Positions 36,964-49,609 of a stretch of 64,000 bases of DNA are shown here, piece after piece. A program made the position numbers and the translations under genes. Source of the DNA: Squalus acanthias (lineage: Eukaryota); contig CM059433.1 of NCBI GenBank assembly GCA_030390025.1, forward strand, positions 19,098,001 through 19,162,000, in the 5' to 3' direction. Positions within the stretch are counted from its first letter, which is position 1. Each line of letters starts with the position of its first letter. Under the pieces are notes generated by a model. It worked only from the letters and a program-made list of their open reading frames with translations, was not told the origin of the DNA and searched no databases.

Positions 36964-38284
36964 AAAGAACAAGCAAATTACACAGGCTCTGACGAGTGTA
37001 AATGCGGCCGTGTTCCCCCAACCCCATTTTTCCCATAGGGTCTTATATTTGCCAACCGCGGTTTTACCAACCACGGGGGTTTTCAGGGACGTATCCCCCG
37101 TGGTTGGGGAGGGATTCCTGTACTGTCTACAGCACAGTACAACAGTGAGTTATTGAGAGCCGTATTATACAGCTAATTCTGTTCAGCATAATTTTCTCTG
37201 CAATAATTTGTATGCAATAGCTAACGTTCATGATACCAAACTTATTTTGTTTGTATAGAATAGTCATTGCTGTTCGTTTATTTTCACGACACAACAATCT
37301 TTTGCCAATGTAGAGCTGATTGAGTTGAATCAACTATTACATGGTATGCAGCCAGATTTAGATGTGGGTGTACTGTAGATCATGTTTGGGATGTTTTCAT
37401 CTCGGGAATTCCCCGACCCCTAGAACATTTTAATTTTTGCCACCTCATTTAGTAATTTCCCTGTTATATATAATTAAATATTTTCTGGTGTATAAACTAC
37501 TTCATATGAGAGAATATATCCCATTTAGCTGGACCAAAACATTTAACTGTGCATTATTTATGTTGTGGTAATCTATGAAAAATATACTTTTTTTTAAAAA
37601 AACTTTAGCAGAAGGTTTCCGGTGCTTATATATGCCTCTCTCTGCTATTTTATCAGCAGTGTTAACATAACTTATTTTAAACAGGTAAAACAGGAGAGAA
37701 AACAATGTTGTGCGAACACATTAAATGTTCATCTGCTGATATCACCAACCGCAACCTCCAGGCTATTGTTAGCAGTGCAATCTTCAAACTAAGAGACTAA
37801 GTTGAAACTTAGAATATTTTTATAACAACTTTATTAAAACACGTATAAAAGTCCATAAAACATGTTAAAGCACTTTAAAATCATACTACACACAGAACAA
37901 TTCAAAAGGATCGACGGCACCTCAATTTACAGGTCTTTTCGCCTTTTACAGCACACTACCGTGTCACATATAATCCTGGTTAAAAAAAGTTACCTAAAGT
38001 CGTCATTCGTTTGTAAAACATGACCTATTTTTCTTATGCATCAGCTTTTCTAAAAGAGATAGTGAATATGTTAACAGACCGAAGCAGACTCTTCTTATCA
38101 TCAGCGTTTTCATCTATTCTAGGGTGTAGCTGTCAATGGAGCAGAGCTCATGTTGGGTAATACAATCTAGAGTGTGGGAAGGGAAAAAGGAGAAAGAATT
38201 AGTGGGTTGATTGTTCCACGGAGAAGACAAATGCAACATCTGTATAAATCTTACTGTCTTAGGACAATCAAAACTCAAGGAAAA

Positions 38285-38720
38285 GCTTGCATTTAAATAG
38301 TGCCCTTTACATCCTCAGGGCATCTCAATGCGGTTCACAGTTAATAAAGTACTTTCGAAGTGTAGTCACTATTGTAATGTAGGAAATGCAGCAGCCAATT
38401 TTCCCACAGCAAAGTCGCACAAACAGCAATGCGATAAATGACCAGATCATTTGTTTTAGGTGTTGGTTGAGGGATAAATGTTGGCAAGGACACTGGGAGA
38501 ATGTTCCTGCTCTTCTTCGAATAGTGCCGTGAGATATTTTATGTCCACCTGAGAGAGCAGGCGGGGCCTCAGTTTATCATCTCATCCGAAAGATCCAACT
38601 CCCTCAGTACAGTACTGAAGTGTCACCCTAGATTATGTGCTCAAGTCTCTGGAGTGAGGCTTGAACCCGTGACCTTTCGACTCAGAGGTGGCAATGCAGC
38701 CACTTAGCCAAGACTGACTC
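38285..38720 (-). mobile_element. DeuSINE copy
   Basis: Reverse complement of the 40989-41462 family, including tRNA head (TGGCTAAGTGG / GGGTTCAAGCC). Confidence 0.85.
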
Positions 38721-39010
38721 CAAAACTCCATCATTTTGGTATGAACATTCTTGTGTGGCGATGACATCGCCTTCATCTAGTGCACCTCATTATTGTTGTG
38801 GCCCCATACACAGTAAGATACAGGATGTAGGTGCAGCTTGAATGCCATTGTTTTGCCAGTGTCTGTCCCAAAGATAAACTGCCACAAATAGCCAGGTCTG
38901 CTCAATGACCGAGGCTGAAGATTTTGCAATAACTTTGCAGCCTGCATTTTCTGTTTGGATGACCACTGTTTAGCTAGATCGACTCCCCCCTATGCTTTCA
39001 GTTGAAACAC

Positions 39011-39500
39011 TGAAGGGGTTAAAAGTTAGATTAGCGGCTTAACTGACTAGCTGGCTGATGTAATAAAGGAGAAGTCTGGCAGAAAAAAGACAGTTGGAAA
39101 AAGCATATTACACGATGATTGGGGAGTGAAAGAAGGCAAGGAGGCCATACATTGAACAATGGGCCGCCAAGATGTGATTTGCGAAGATGTGGTTAAGCGT
39201 ACGTAAATTGGATAGAACAATGGCAGATGTGGAAACAGGGCAAATGAGATAAACAAGATGTGGTTTGTGGAGATGTGATTAAGTGTACGTGACTTGGACA
39301 ATTAATTGGCCAAGTCCCGAAGATGTGAAGGAAACAAGATGTAAGATTGTATATAAGCCAACTGCTCGAATGTAAAAATTAGACCCCGGTCTCAGCTCAG
39401 ACTGAGAGGGCCTCTCCCTGCACGGGCTTGAATAAAGATCACTTGGAACCAGTACACACTCGTGTCCGTCTGCTTTGGGGCAGAGAGAAATCCCATAACA
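39011..39500 (+). mobile_element. Solo LTR (490 bp)
   Basis: TG...CA termini; AACAC on both flanks (39006-39010, 39501-39505); TATATAA at 39350; AATAAA at 39431; repeated AGATGTG motifs upstream. Confidence 0.75.
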
Positions 39501-40659
39501 AACACCAATATGCTGGCCCCTGAATCCGCCCTTTGTGCAGACAAGACACACATCAGGGACAAAATGTGAGTTTGACCTGTCATCATGTTGTGTTAAGCAC
39601 TATTGATGAACTAATTACCAGTCCTTAGAATAGAATGACCCTATGAGCTTGAACTATGACAACATAAAATGACAATGCATTTAATATAGCACCTTATCCT
39701 GTCTCACAGAAATATCTCAAAGCACTGTGTGTGCTATTAATTACTTTTAATTATAGTAACTGTTATGTAGGCAAATCTGGCAGGCATTTTGCACACAGCA
39801 AGTCATAAGGTAAAAAGATTGTATAGATAGGGGTAGAATTTTCTGGGGGGGGGGCATTATTGGGAAGTAACACTTGAAATTATGCACATTTGTGTGTCCA
39901 TTTTGCCTGGGTTTATTTACACCCAAATTTCCTGCTAATTTCATTAGTCTACTCCAGTACGTAAAAATGGGCTCAAACAATTGGAAACCAGAGTAAACAA
40001 TTGTTCCCCGAGGAAAGTACCAAACTCGCACCGTATATTCTTCCCTTAAGAAAATTAAAGTTTCAAACCGTGTACATGTACAGTAGGCATACCATGTCTG
40101 AGAACATGTAATTGAGAAAGCTTTCCATTTTTAATGTGACTGATACTGATGGCATAAAATGCATTCAAATAAATATAAAATACAGTGCAGTGAGGATAAA
40201 TATATATATGTTAAAAATCTCAAAAAATCATAATAAAACACCAGAAAAATGACTGTTTCCTGCTGCGCTAAAATTCTGGGCTTAATTCTACACTCGTTTT
40301 TACCCAGCATAATTGCAGGGAATTTGCGTGAATAGATCTTTAGCCTGGGGATGGAGCCATTATAATGATCGAAGATGCATCATGTGCATGGATCGACAGA
40401 CGAGCGCAAAACAGCAAGGAAATTCCATTTTTAGATCAGCTATGATCTCATTGAATGGTGGAGCAGGCTCGAGGGGCTGAATGGCCTCCTCCTGTTCCTA
40501 TGTCCTATTCAGGCATAGTGATATTATGTGTGCAACACGCTTGTGCCCGAGTTTCCTTGATCTTTTACGCTGCGTATTTGTTCTACTCCCTGATTACACA
40601 TGTCTCTGGGTGCAAGTACACAACAAAATTCCACCCCATAATGTCTAATATAAGATATA

Positions 40660-40780
40660 TTTTTCCTACATTACAACAATGACTACACTTCAAAGAAAAG
40701 TACTTTATTGGCTGCAAAGTGCTTTGGGACGTCTGGTGGTCATGAAAGGCGCTATATAAATAAAAGTATTTCTTTCTTTC
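40660..40780 (+). mobile_element. DeuSINE 3' fragment
   Basis: Matches 41340-41460. Confidence 0.75.
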
Positions 40781-40988
40781 GTTTTGTGTATCAATCACAA
40801 TAAGACTGAGAACAAGTAATAAAAGTTATTTTAAAAATGACGATCTATTATGCGAGTTTAATTGAATGGCTTAGTTTGTATTCATAAATAATTTGAGCTC
40901 TTGCTTAAATCAGAAGCAATGAACTGAATTACTCTTCTGCAACTCACTTTCATCTATTATGGATTCCATTGGTAAGTTGCTTTTAAAT

Positions 40989-41462
40989 GTGTCAGCTGTG
41001 GCTCAGTTGGTAGCACACTCGCTTCTGAGTCAGAAGGTTGTGGGTTCAAGTCTCAGGGACTTGAACACATAAAAAAGCTAGGCTGACACTCCAGTGCAGT
41101 GCTGAGGGAGTGCTGCACTGTCGGAGGTGCCGTCTTTCGGATGAGACGTTAAACCGAGGCCCCGTCTGCTCTCTCAGGTGGACGTAAAAGATCCCATGGC
41201 ACTATTTTGAAGAAGAGCAGGGGGAGTTATCCCTGGTGTCCTGGCCAATATTTATCCCTCAATCAACATAATAAAAACAGATTATCTGGTCATTATCACA
41301 TTGCTGTTTGTGGGACCTTGCTGTGCGCAAATTGGCTGCCTCGTTTCCCACATTACAACAGTGACTCCACTTCAAAAAGTATTTCATTGGCTGTAAAGCG
41401 CTTTGAGACGTCCGGTGGTCGCGAAAGGCGCTATATAAATGCAAGTCTTTCTTTTCTTTTTT
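40989..41462 (+). mobile_element. Full-length tRNA-derived DeuSINE (SacSINE1-like)
   Basis: A box TGGCTCAGTTGG, B box GGTTCAAGTC, Deu core, L2-like tail GGCGCTATATAAATGCAAG + TC-rich end. Confidence 0.9.
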
Positions 41463-41921
41463 AAATCAATAGGTAGTTGTTATTATATTAGTTGTTCAAG
41501 GTAGTTGTTATTATAGTAACAATCATTTATTGTATTAGTTTTGATCCAAATCCGGTATAGATTTCAGGAACACATTCACAACAGTGTCACCAGTCACACA
41601 ACTGGAACTTTGCCACTTGAAGCGAAATTTAAAAAAATGAAAATTTTAAATAAACTGAAAATTGAAATTGAAAATTGTTCTAATTTGTAAAAGTCAAATT
41701 CAATAGAATCCTTTGAGGAAACAATGGAGTATATTGATAAAGGAACTGCTGTGGATGCTGCGTGCACAGATTTTTTTTTAATATAAAAGGTGCTGTGTAG
41801 GAGGCTTGTTAAAGAAAGAAAGAATTTGCATTTGTTTAGCACCTTTCACAACCTTAGGATGTCCTAAAGTTCACAGTCAATGAAGTACTTTTGAAGTGGG
41901 GTCACTGTTATAACGTAGGGA

Positions 41922-44165
41922 AACATAAGAAATAAGAGCAGGAGTAGGCCATATGGTCCCTCAAGCCTGCTCTGCCAGTCAATAAGATCATGGCTGATCT
42001 TCGACCTCAACTCCACTTTCCCACCCGATCCCCATAACCCTCGACTTCCTTACAGTCGAACAATCTATCGATCTCTATATTTGAGCACGTTCAAGACATA
42101 GATCAATAGATTTTTGGATACTAAAGGAATCAAGGGATATGGGGATCGGGCGGGAAGGTGGATGTTGAGGAAGATCAGCCATGATCTTATTGAATGGCGG
42201 AGCAGACTTGAAGGTGCCGAATAGCCTACTCCTGCTCCCTATTCTTATGTTATTCCTATTTCTTATGTTCCCAGCCTTGAATATACTCAATGACTGAGCA
42301 TCCACAGCCCTCTGGGGTAGAGAATTCCAAAGATTCACAACCCGATGAGTGAAGAAATTTTTCCTCATCTCAGTCCTAAATGGCCGACCCCTTATCCTGA
42401 GACTGTGCCCCCTAGTTCTAGACTATCCAGCCAAAGGAAACAAGCTCTCAGCATCTACCCTGTCAATCCCCCTCAGAATCTTGTATGTTTCAATGAGATC
42501 ACCTCTCATTCTTCTAAACTCCAGAGAGCATTGGCCCATTCTACTCAATCGCTCCTCACAGGACAATCCTCTCATCCCAGGAATCAATCTAGTGAACTTT
42601 TGTTGTACTGCCTCTAAGGCAAGTATATCCTTCCTTAGGTATGGAGACCAAAACTGTGCACAGTACTCCAGGTGTGGTCTCCCCAAAGCCCTGTACAATT
42701 GCAGCATGACTTCCTTACTCTTGTCCTCCAACAATAAAGGCCAACATGTCACTTGCCTTCCTAACTGTTTGCTGTACCTGTCTGCTAACTTTCAGTGTTT
42801 CGTGTACAAGGACACTCAAATCTCTCTAAACAGCAACATTTAATAGCTTCGCACTATTTAAACAATATTCTGTTTTCTATTCTTCCTAACAAAGTGAATA
42901 ACCTCACATTTCCCCACATTATACTCCATCTGCCACCTTCTTGCCCACTCACTGAATCTGTCTATACCCCTTTGCAGACTGTATGTCCTCACAGCTTACT
43001 ATCCCACCTAGCTTTGCATCATCAGCAAACTTGGATACATTACACTCAGTCCCTACATCTAAGTCATGAATATAGCATGTAAATAGCTGAGGCCCCAGCA
43101 CTGATCCTTGTGGCACCCCACTAGTAACAGCCTGCCATACTGAAAATGACCTGTTTATTCCTACTCTCTGTCTTCTGTCCTTTAACCAATCCTCTATCCA
43201 TGCTAATACACTACCCCCAACCCCATGAGCCCTTACCTTGTGTAACAACCTTTCGTGTGGCACCTTATCGAATGTCTTTTGATAATCCTTGTATATTACA
43301 TCCACTGGTTCCCCTTTATCTAGCCTGCTAGTTCCATCCTCAAAAAACTCTAATAAATTTGTCAAACATGATTTCCTTTTCATAAAACCATGTTGACTCT
43401 GCCTGATCATATTATGATTTTCTAAGTGCCTTGTTAGCACTTCCTTAATAATGTATTCCAGCATTTTCCCGACAACAGATGTCAGACTAACTTACCTGTA
43501 GTTCCCTGCTTTCTCTCTCCCTCCTTTCTTGAATAGCGATGCTACATTTGCTACCTTCCAATCCACTGGGGCCATTCCAGAATCTAGGGAATTTTGGAAG
43601 ATCACAGCCAACGTAAATATCATCAACCCTGGGATGTAGGCCATCAGGTCCAGGGGATTTGTCAGCTTTTAGTCCTATTAATTTCTCCAGTACTTTTTCT
43701 TTACTAATATTAATTACTTTAAGTTCCTCACTCTCATTAGACCCTTGGTTTCCCACTATTTCTGGTAAGTTTTTGTGTCTTCTACTGTGGAGACAGATAC
43801 AAAATATTTGTTTAAGGTCTCTGCCGTTTCCTTATTCACCATTATAATTTCTCCTGTCTCAGCCACTAAGGGACCCACGTTTACTTTCGCTGCTCTCTTC
43901 CTTTTTACATACTTGCAGAAGCTCTTACAATCTGTTTTTATATTTCTTGCTAGATTATTCTCTTATTCTATTTTCTCCCTGGTTATCAATTTTTTGGTCA
44001 TCCTTTGCTGGTTTTTACAACTCTCCCAATCCTCAGGCTTACTACTCTTCTTGGCAAAATTATAAGCCTCTTCTTTTAATCTAATACTATCCTTAACCTC
44101 TTTAGTTAGCCACAGGTGGATTACTTTTCCCATGGGGTTTTTATTTCTCAATGAAATGTATATTC
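41922..44165 (-). mobile_element. CR1 LINE, 5'-truncated (RT region), with an inverted CR1 tail inserted at ~42076-42271
   Basis: ORFs 42949-43464 '[18 protein letters not shown]...[11 protein letters not shown]...SKFADD' and 42423-42752 'RPHLEYCAQFWSP'. Confidence 0.92.
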
Positions 44166-44177
44166 ATCGAGAATAAT

Positions 44178-47100
44178 AACATAAGAACATAAGAAATAGG
44201 AGCAGGAGTAGGACATTCGGCCCCTCGAGCCTGCTCTGCCATTCAATAAGATCATGGCTGATCTGATCTTGGCCTCAACTCCACTTTCTTGCCTGTTCCC
44301 CATAACCCTCGACTCCCCTGTAGCTCAAATATCTGTCTATCTCCGTCTTGAATATATTCACTGAATCAGCCTCCACAGCTCTCTGGGGTAGAGAATTTAA
44401 AAGATTCATGACCCTCAGAGAAGAAATTCTTCCTCATCTCAGTTCTAAAACTTATCCTGAAACTATGCCCCCTAGTTCCAGATTACTCCACGAGGGGAAA
44501 CATCCTCTCAGCATCTACCCGGTCAAGCCCCCTCAGAATCTTATATATTTCAATATCATCTCTCATTCTTCTAAACTCCAATGAGTATAAACCCAACCTG
44601 CTCAACTGTTCCTCATAAGACAACCCTTTCATCTCAGGAATCAACCTAGTGAACCTTCTCTGAACTGCCTCCAATGCAAGTATATCCCTCCTTAAATAAG
44701 GAGACCAAAACTGTACGCAGTACTCCAGGTGTGGTCTCACCAACGCCCTGTACAGTTGTAGCAAGACTTCCCTACTTTTGTACTCCATTCCCTTTGCAAT
44801 AAAGGCCAGCATTCCATTTGCCGTCCCTGCATGCTAACTTTTTGTGTTTCATGTACGAGGACACCCAGATTCTTCTGTACCACAGCATTCTGTAGTCTTT
44901 CTCCATTTAAATAATATTTTGCTTTTCTATTCTTCCTACCAAAGTGGATAACCTCACATTTTCCCACATTATACTCCATCTGTCAAATTTTTGCCCACTC
45001 ACTTAACCTATCTATATCCCTTTGCAGACTCTGTGTCCTCCTCACAACTTGCTTTCCCACCTATCTTTGTATCGTCAGCAAATTTAGCTACACTACACTC
45101 AGTCCTTTCATCCAAGTCATTAATATAGATTGTAAATAGTTGAGGCCCCAGCACTGATCCCTGTGGCACCCCACTAGTTACAGTTTGCCAACCTGAAAAT
45201 GACCCATTTATCCCGACTTTTTGTTTTCTGTTAGTTAGCCAATCCTCTCTCCATGCTAATATAATACCCCCAACACCGTGAGCTCTTATCTTGTGCAGTA
45301 ACCTTTTATGTGACACCTTATCGCATGCCTTCTGGAAATCCAAATACACTACATCTACTGGTTTCCCTTGATCCACTCTGCTCGTTACATCCTCAAAGAA
45401 CTCCAATAAATTTGTCAAACACGATTTCCCTTTCATAAAACCATGTCGACTCTGCTTGATTGTATTATGATTTTCTAAATGTCCTGCTACTACTCCCTTA
45501 ATAATGGATTCCAGCATTTTCCCAATGACAGATGTTAGGCTAACTGGCCTATATTTTCATACTTTCTGTCTCCCTCCTTTCTTGAATAGGGGCGTTACAT
45601 TTGCGGTTTTCCAATCCGCTGGGACCTTTCCAGAATCTAGGGAATTTTGGAAGATTACAACCAATGCATCCACTATCTCTGCAGCCACTTCTTTTAAGAC
45701 ACTTGGATGCAGGCCAGCAGGTCCAGGGGACTTGTCCGTCTTTAGTCCCATTAGTTTGGGATGCTTCTCTTTTGAAGAAATATTTCTTTAAATGTTCGTC
45801 ATTGCTTTTCTACCGTCAGATGTTGAAATCTAATTTACCAATCTACCTTAGCCAACTCACTCTTCATACCTATGTATGGCTTTATTTAAGTTTAAGACTC
45901 TAGTTTCAGACTTAAGTACGTCACTCTCGAACTCAATGTGAAATTCTATCATATTATGATCCCTCTTCCCCAGAGGATCCCTTACTATGAGATTACTAAT
46001 AAACCCTGTCTCATTACACATGACAAAATCTAAAATAGCCTGTTCCCTGCTTGGTTCCACGACATATTGTTCTAGGAAACTGTCTCGAATGCATTCCATG
46101 AACTCGTCCTCCAAATTACTTTTGCCAATTTGATTTGTCAGTCTATACGAAGATTAAAGTCCCCCATGATTATTGCAATACCTTTGTTACAAGCTCCTCT
46201 TATTTCTTAGAGTCATAGATTTATACAGCACAGAAAGAGGCCCTTCGGCCCATCGTGTCCGTGCCGGCCATCAAGCCCTATCTATTCTAATCCCATTTTC
46301 CAGCACTTGATTAGTACTCTGTCCAACAGCATGGCTACTCTTACGGGGCCTATAAACGACTCCCACCAGTGTTTTCTGCCCCTTGTTATTTCTTATCTCT
46401 GCCCATACTGATCTTAGAAACATAGAAGATAGGAACAGGAGTAGGCCATTCGGCCCCTCGAGCCTGCTCCGCCATTCAATGCGATTATGGCTGATCATCC
46501 AAATTCAGTACCCTGTCCCTGCTTTCTCCCCATATCCCTTGATCCCCTTAGCCGTAAGAAATATATCTAACTCCTTCTTGAATATGTTTAATGAATTGGA
46601 CTCAACTGTCTTCTGTGGTAGCGAATTCCACAGGTTCACCACTCTCTGGGTGAAGAAATTCCTCCTCATCTCAGTCCTAAATGGCTTACCCCTTATCTTT
46701 AGACTGTGACCCCTGGTTCTGGACTCCCCCGCCATCGAGAACATCCTTCCTGCATCTAGTCTGTCTAGTCCTGTTAGAATTTTATAAGTTTCAATGAGAT
46801 CCCCTCTCATTCTTCTAAACTCTAGCGAATACATGCCCAATCGACCCAATCTCTCTTCATACGTCATTCCTGCCATCCCAGGTATCAGTCTGGTGAATCT
46901 TCGCTGCACTCCCTCCATGGCAAGAACATTCTTCCTCAGATAAGGTGACCAAAACTGCACACAATACTCAAGGTGTGGTCTCACCAAGGCCCTGTACAAC
47001 TGCAGCAAGACATCCTTGCTCCTGTACTCAAATCCTCTCGCTATGAAGGCCAACATACCATTTGCCGCCTTAACTGCCTGCTGCACCTGCATGCTTAGCT

Positions 47101-48070
47101 TCAGCGACTGGTGCACAAGGACACCCAGGTCTCGTTGCACTTCCCCTTTTCCCAATCTATTGCCATTCAGATGATAATCTGCCTTCCTGTTTTTGCCACC
47201 AAAGTGGATAACCTCGCATTTATCCACATTGTACTGCATCTGCCCAATCACCCAACCTGTCCAAATCATACTGGAGTTTCTCTGCATCCTCCTCACAGCA
47301 CACACGCCCACCCAGCTTTGTGTCGTCTGCAAACTTGGAGATATTACATCTAGTTCCCTCGTCTAGATCATTAATATATATTGTGAATAACTGGGGTCCG
47401 AGCACCGATCCCTGCGGTACCCCACTAGTCACTGCCTGCCACTCGGAAAAAGACCCGTTTATTCCAACTCTTTGCTTCCTGTCTGCCAACCAGTTTTCTA
47501 TCCAAGTCAGTACCTTACCCCCAATCCCATGTGCTTTAACTTTGCACGCTAATCTCTTATGCGGGACCTTATCGAAAGCCTTCTGAAAGTCCAAATACAC
47601 CACATCCACTGGTTCTCCCTTATCTATTCTACCAGTTACATCCTCAAAAAATTCCAGTAGATTAGTCAAGCATGATTTACCTTTTGTAAATCCATTTTGA
47701 CTTTGTCTGATCCTGTCACTGTTTTCCAAGTGCTATGCTATTACATCTTTTATAATGGACTCTAGCATTTTCCCCACTACCGATGTCAGGCTTACCGGTC
47801 TATAATTCCCCGTTCTGAGCCAAGATCCTTCCTCACAACTGTCCTTATGTCATCCTTTATTATCAGGGCTACTCCCACTCCTTTTCTATTTTGTCGGTCT
47901 TTTCGAAATGTCAAGTCCCCTCAAATATTTAGTTCCTAACCTTGGTCACCATGCAACCACGTCTCTGTAATGGCTATTAGATCAAACCCCCCTATTTGTG
48001 CCATTAATTCGCCTATCTAGTTGTGAATGCTTCATGCATTCCGATAAAGTGCCTTTAATTTGAACTATTT
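44178..48070 (-). mobile_element. CR1 LINE (RT plus APE parts, internally deleted) interrupted by CR1 insertions at ~46209-46310 and 46415-47814
   Basis: ORFs 44483-44812, 45008-45517 ([14 protein letters not shown]), 45857-46114 'FLEQYVVEPSREQAILDFV...DHNMIEF'; APE sequence resumes after 47815. Confidence 0.88.
46415..47814 (-). mobile_element. Younger CR1 nested within the preceding CR1
   Basis: ORFs 47220-47729 and 46505-47332 cover RT to C-terminus with apparently one frameshift; own 3' stem-loop and tail at 46415-46500. Confidence 0.92.
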
Positions 48071-48093
48071 TACCATTTCCCCCTGATTTGACC

Positions 48094-48455
48094 TTATTCA
48101 CTGCAGTCTTTGTTCTCATCTATACAGGTAGCAAGTACCTCGTACCTGTTGGACAAGGTCAAAGGCTGAGGCTCCTCCATCACTGCATCTTGGGTCCCCA
48201 TACCTGCCTGACTCTCAGTCACACCCTCCTGTCCCTGACCACTGACCAAATCTAAACTACTTCCTAGCCTAAGGGACGTGACTGCCTCCTGGAACGAAGT
48301 GTCCAGATAATTCTCCCCCTCCCTGATGCATCGCAATGTCTGCAGCTTGGACTCCAGCTCAACAACTCTGAGCCGAAGTACCTCGAGTTGCAGACACTTA
48401 CTGCAGGTCTGGTTGCTCGGGACCTGATTGGGCTCCACCAACTCCCACATGGCAG
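48094..48455 (-). mobile_element. CR1 ORF1 N-terminal fragment (Cys motif/coiled coil)
   Basis: 'MWE...TCSKCLQLEVLRLRVVELESKLQTLRCIREGENYLD...LSNRYEVL'. Confidence 0.7.
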
Positions 48456-48579
48456 CCAACTTGCACACAAGATTCCACAAACTGGTATGAAATAAATGAC
48501 CAGGTAATCTATTTTTTTAGTGATGTTGGTTGAGGAATAAATCTTGGCCAGGACACAGGGAGAACTCCCCTGTGGGAGG

Positions 48580-48915
48580 GTTACTAAGGACAGAACATAT
48601 ATACTAAGTAGTAACACTTTAAAAGGAGTACAGTATCAGGAGACTAAGGGGTTCATATACACAAATCTTTAAAAGTGGGCAAATGAGTTGATAAAGCTGT
48701 TAAAAAAAGCATATGGGATTGTAGGTTTTATAAATATGGGTATAGAATACAAAAGTAAAACAGGTAATAGTGAACCTATAAAAATAATTTGTTAGGCTGC
48801 AGCTAGCAGCCCAGATTTGGTTGCCTTGCTTTTAGAAATATGTCAAAGCCATGTGGAGGGTGCAGAAAAGATTCACTAAGATGATACCAAGGTCGAGAGG
48901 TTTTAGTTATGAAGA
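48580..48915 (+). mobile_element. Decayed CR1 RT C-terminal fragment
   Basis: 'RVQKRFTKMIP...GFSYE'. Confidence 0.65.
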
Positions 48916-49609
48916 TTCAAGCCCATTATTCTATCTCCCTTTTTTTTTCCCTCTTAGCTTCTCTCGGGCCCTTCTCTCCTGTCACCCAGTCATGCTACCT
49001 TTCAATCCTTTCCTCTTGGGTACTTTGTCCCCCAAACCCTATCCCACCCCATCACTGCCTTCCTACTCTACAGCCACTATCCCAGGCTGGATTTCCCCCT
49101 TGCTTAAGCAGGAACAGTGTTCTGTAAAAGTGCCCCAACGGTTGCCTTCGAAATTCATAAGGGAATCTATCTGTGGATGTCCATACAACATGGAGTTAAG
49201 CTGCTGAACTGAGTGCTGGGAAATAATAGTTAATACAGGTTTTTAAGTGATTAAGTCATGAAGTCATTATCCCTGGCTCAAGTCCAGGAAAGAAGTACTT
49301 AGTGAGTCGTGAACAGGTCATGACCTCATATTTGTGTGGGCCTCTTTGACCTGTGAGGTGGTGGGGGGTGGGGGGGCGGAAGAGGAGGGTGGGGGTTGGC
49401 TGGAAAAGTGGAGTCGACCCATCTGGAGATCAATGCTTCAGTACTGACTTGCTGGGGATGAATGACACAAAAAGGTGTGAGCCCTTCTGACAGATAGGTC
49501 ACTCAGAAGCAGAGTTCTTTTTGTCTTAGGTAGACGTAGCAGTCTCTCTTATTCTGTGTTGATCAGAAAAATACTATTATTTCCGCTCTTTTTTTGTAAG
49601 AACTTTTAC

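Larger units (their letters stand above)
34795..37120 (+). mobile_element. Full-length Tigger/pogo-family DNA transposon (~2.3 kb)
   Basis: TIRs CAAGAATCCCGTCCCAACCGCGG ... CCGTGGTTGGGGAGGGATTCCTG; TA on both flanks (34793-34794, 37121-37122); repeated CCAACCGCGG subterminal motifs; internal transposase. Confidence 0.93.

Noticed and set aside
40989..41060. tRNA-like sequence (also near 62254 and 38650-38720)
   Set aside because: SINE heads continuous with the Deu core, not stand-alone tRNA genes
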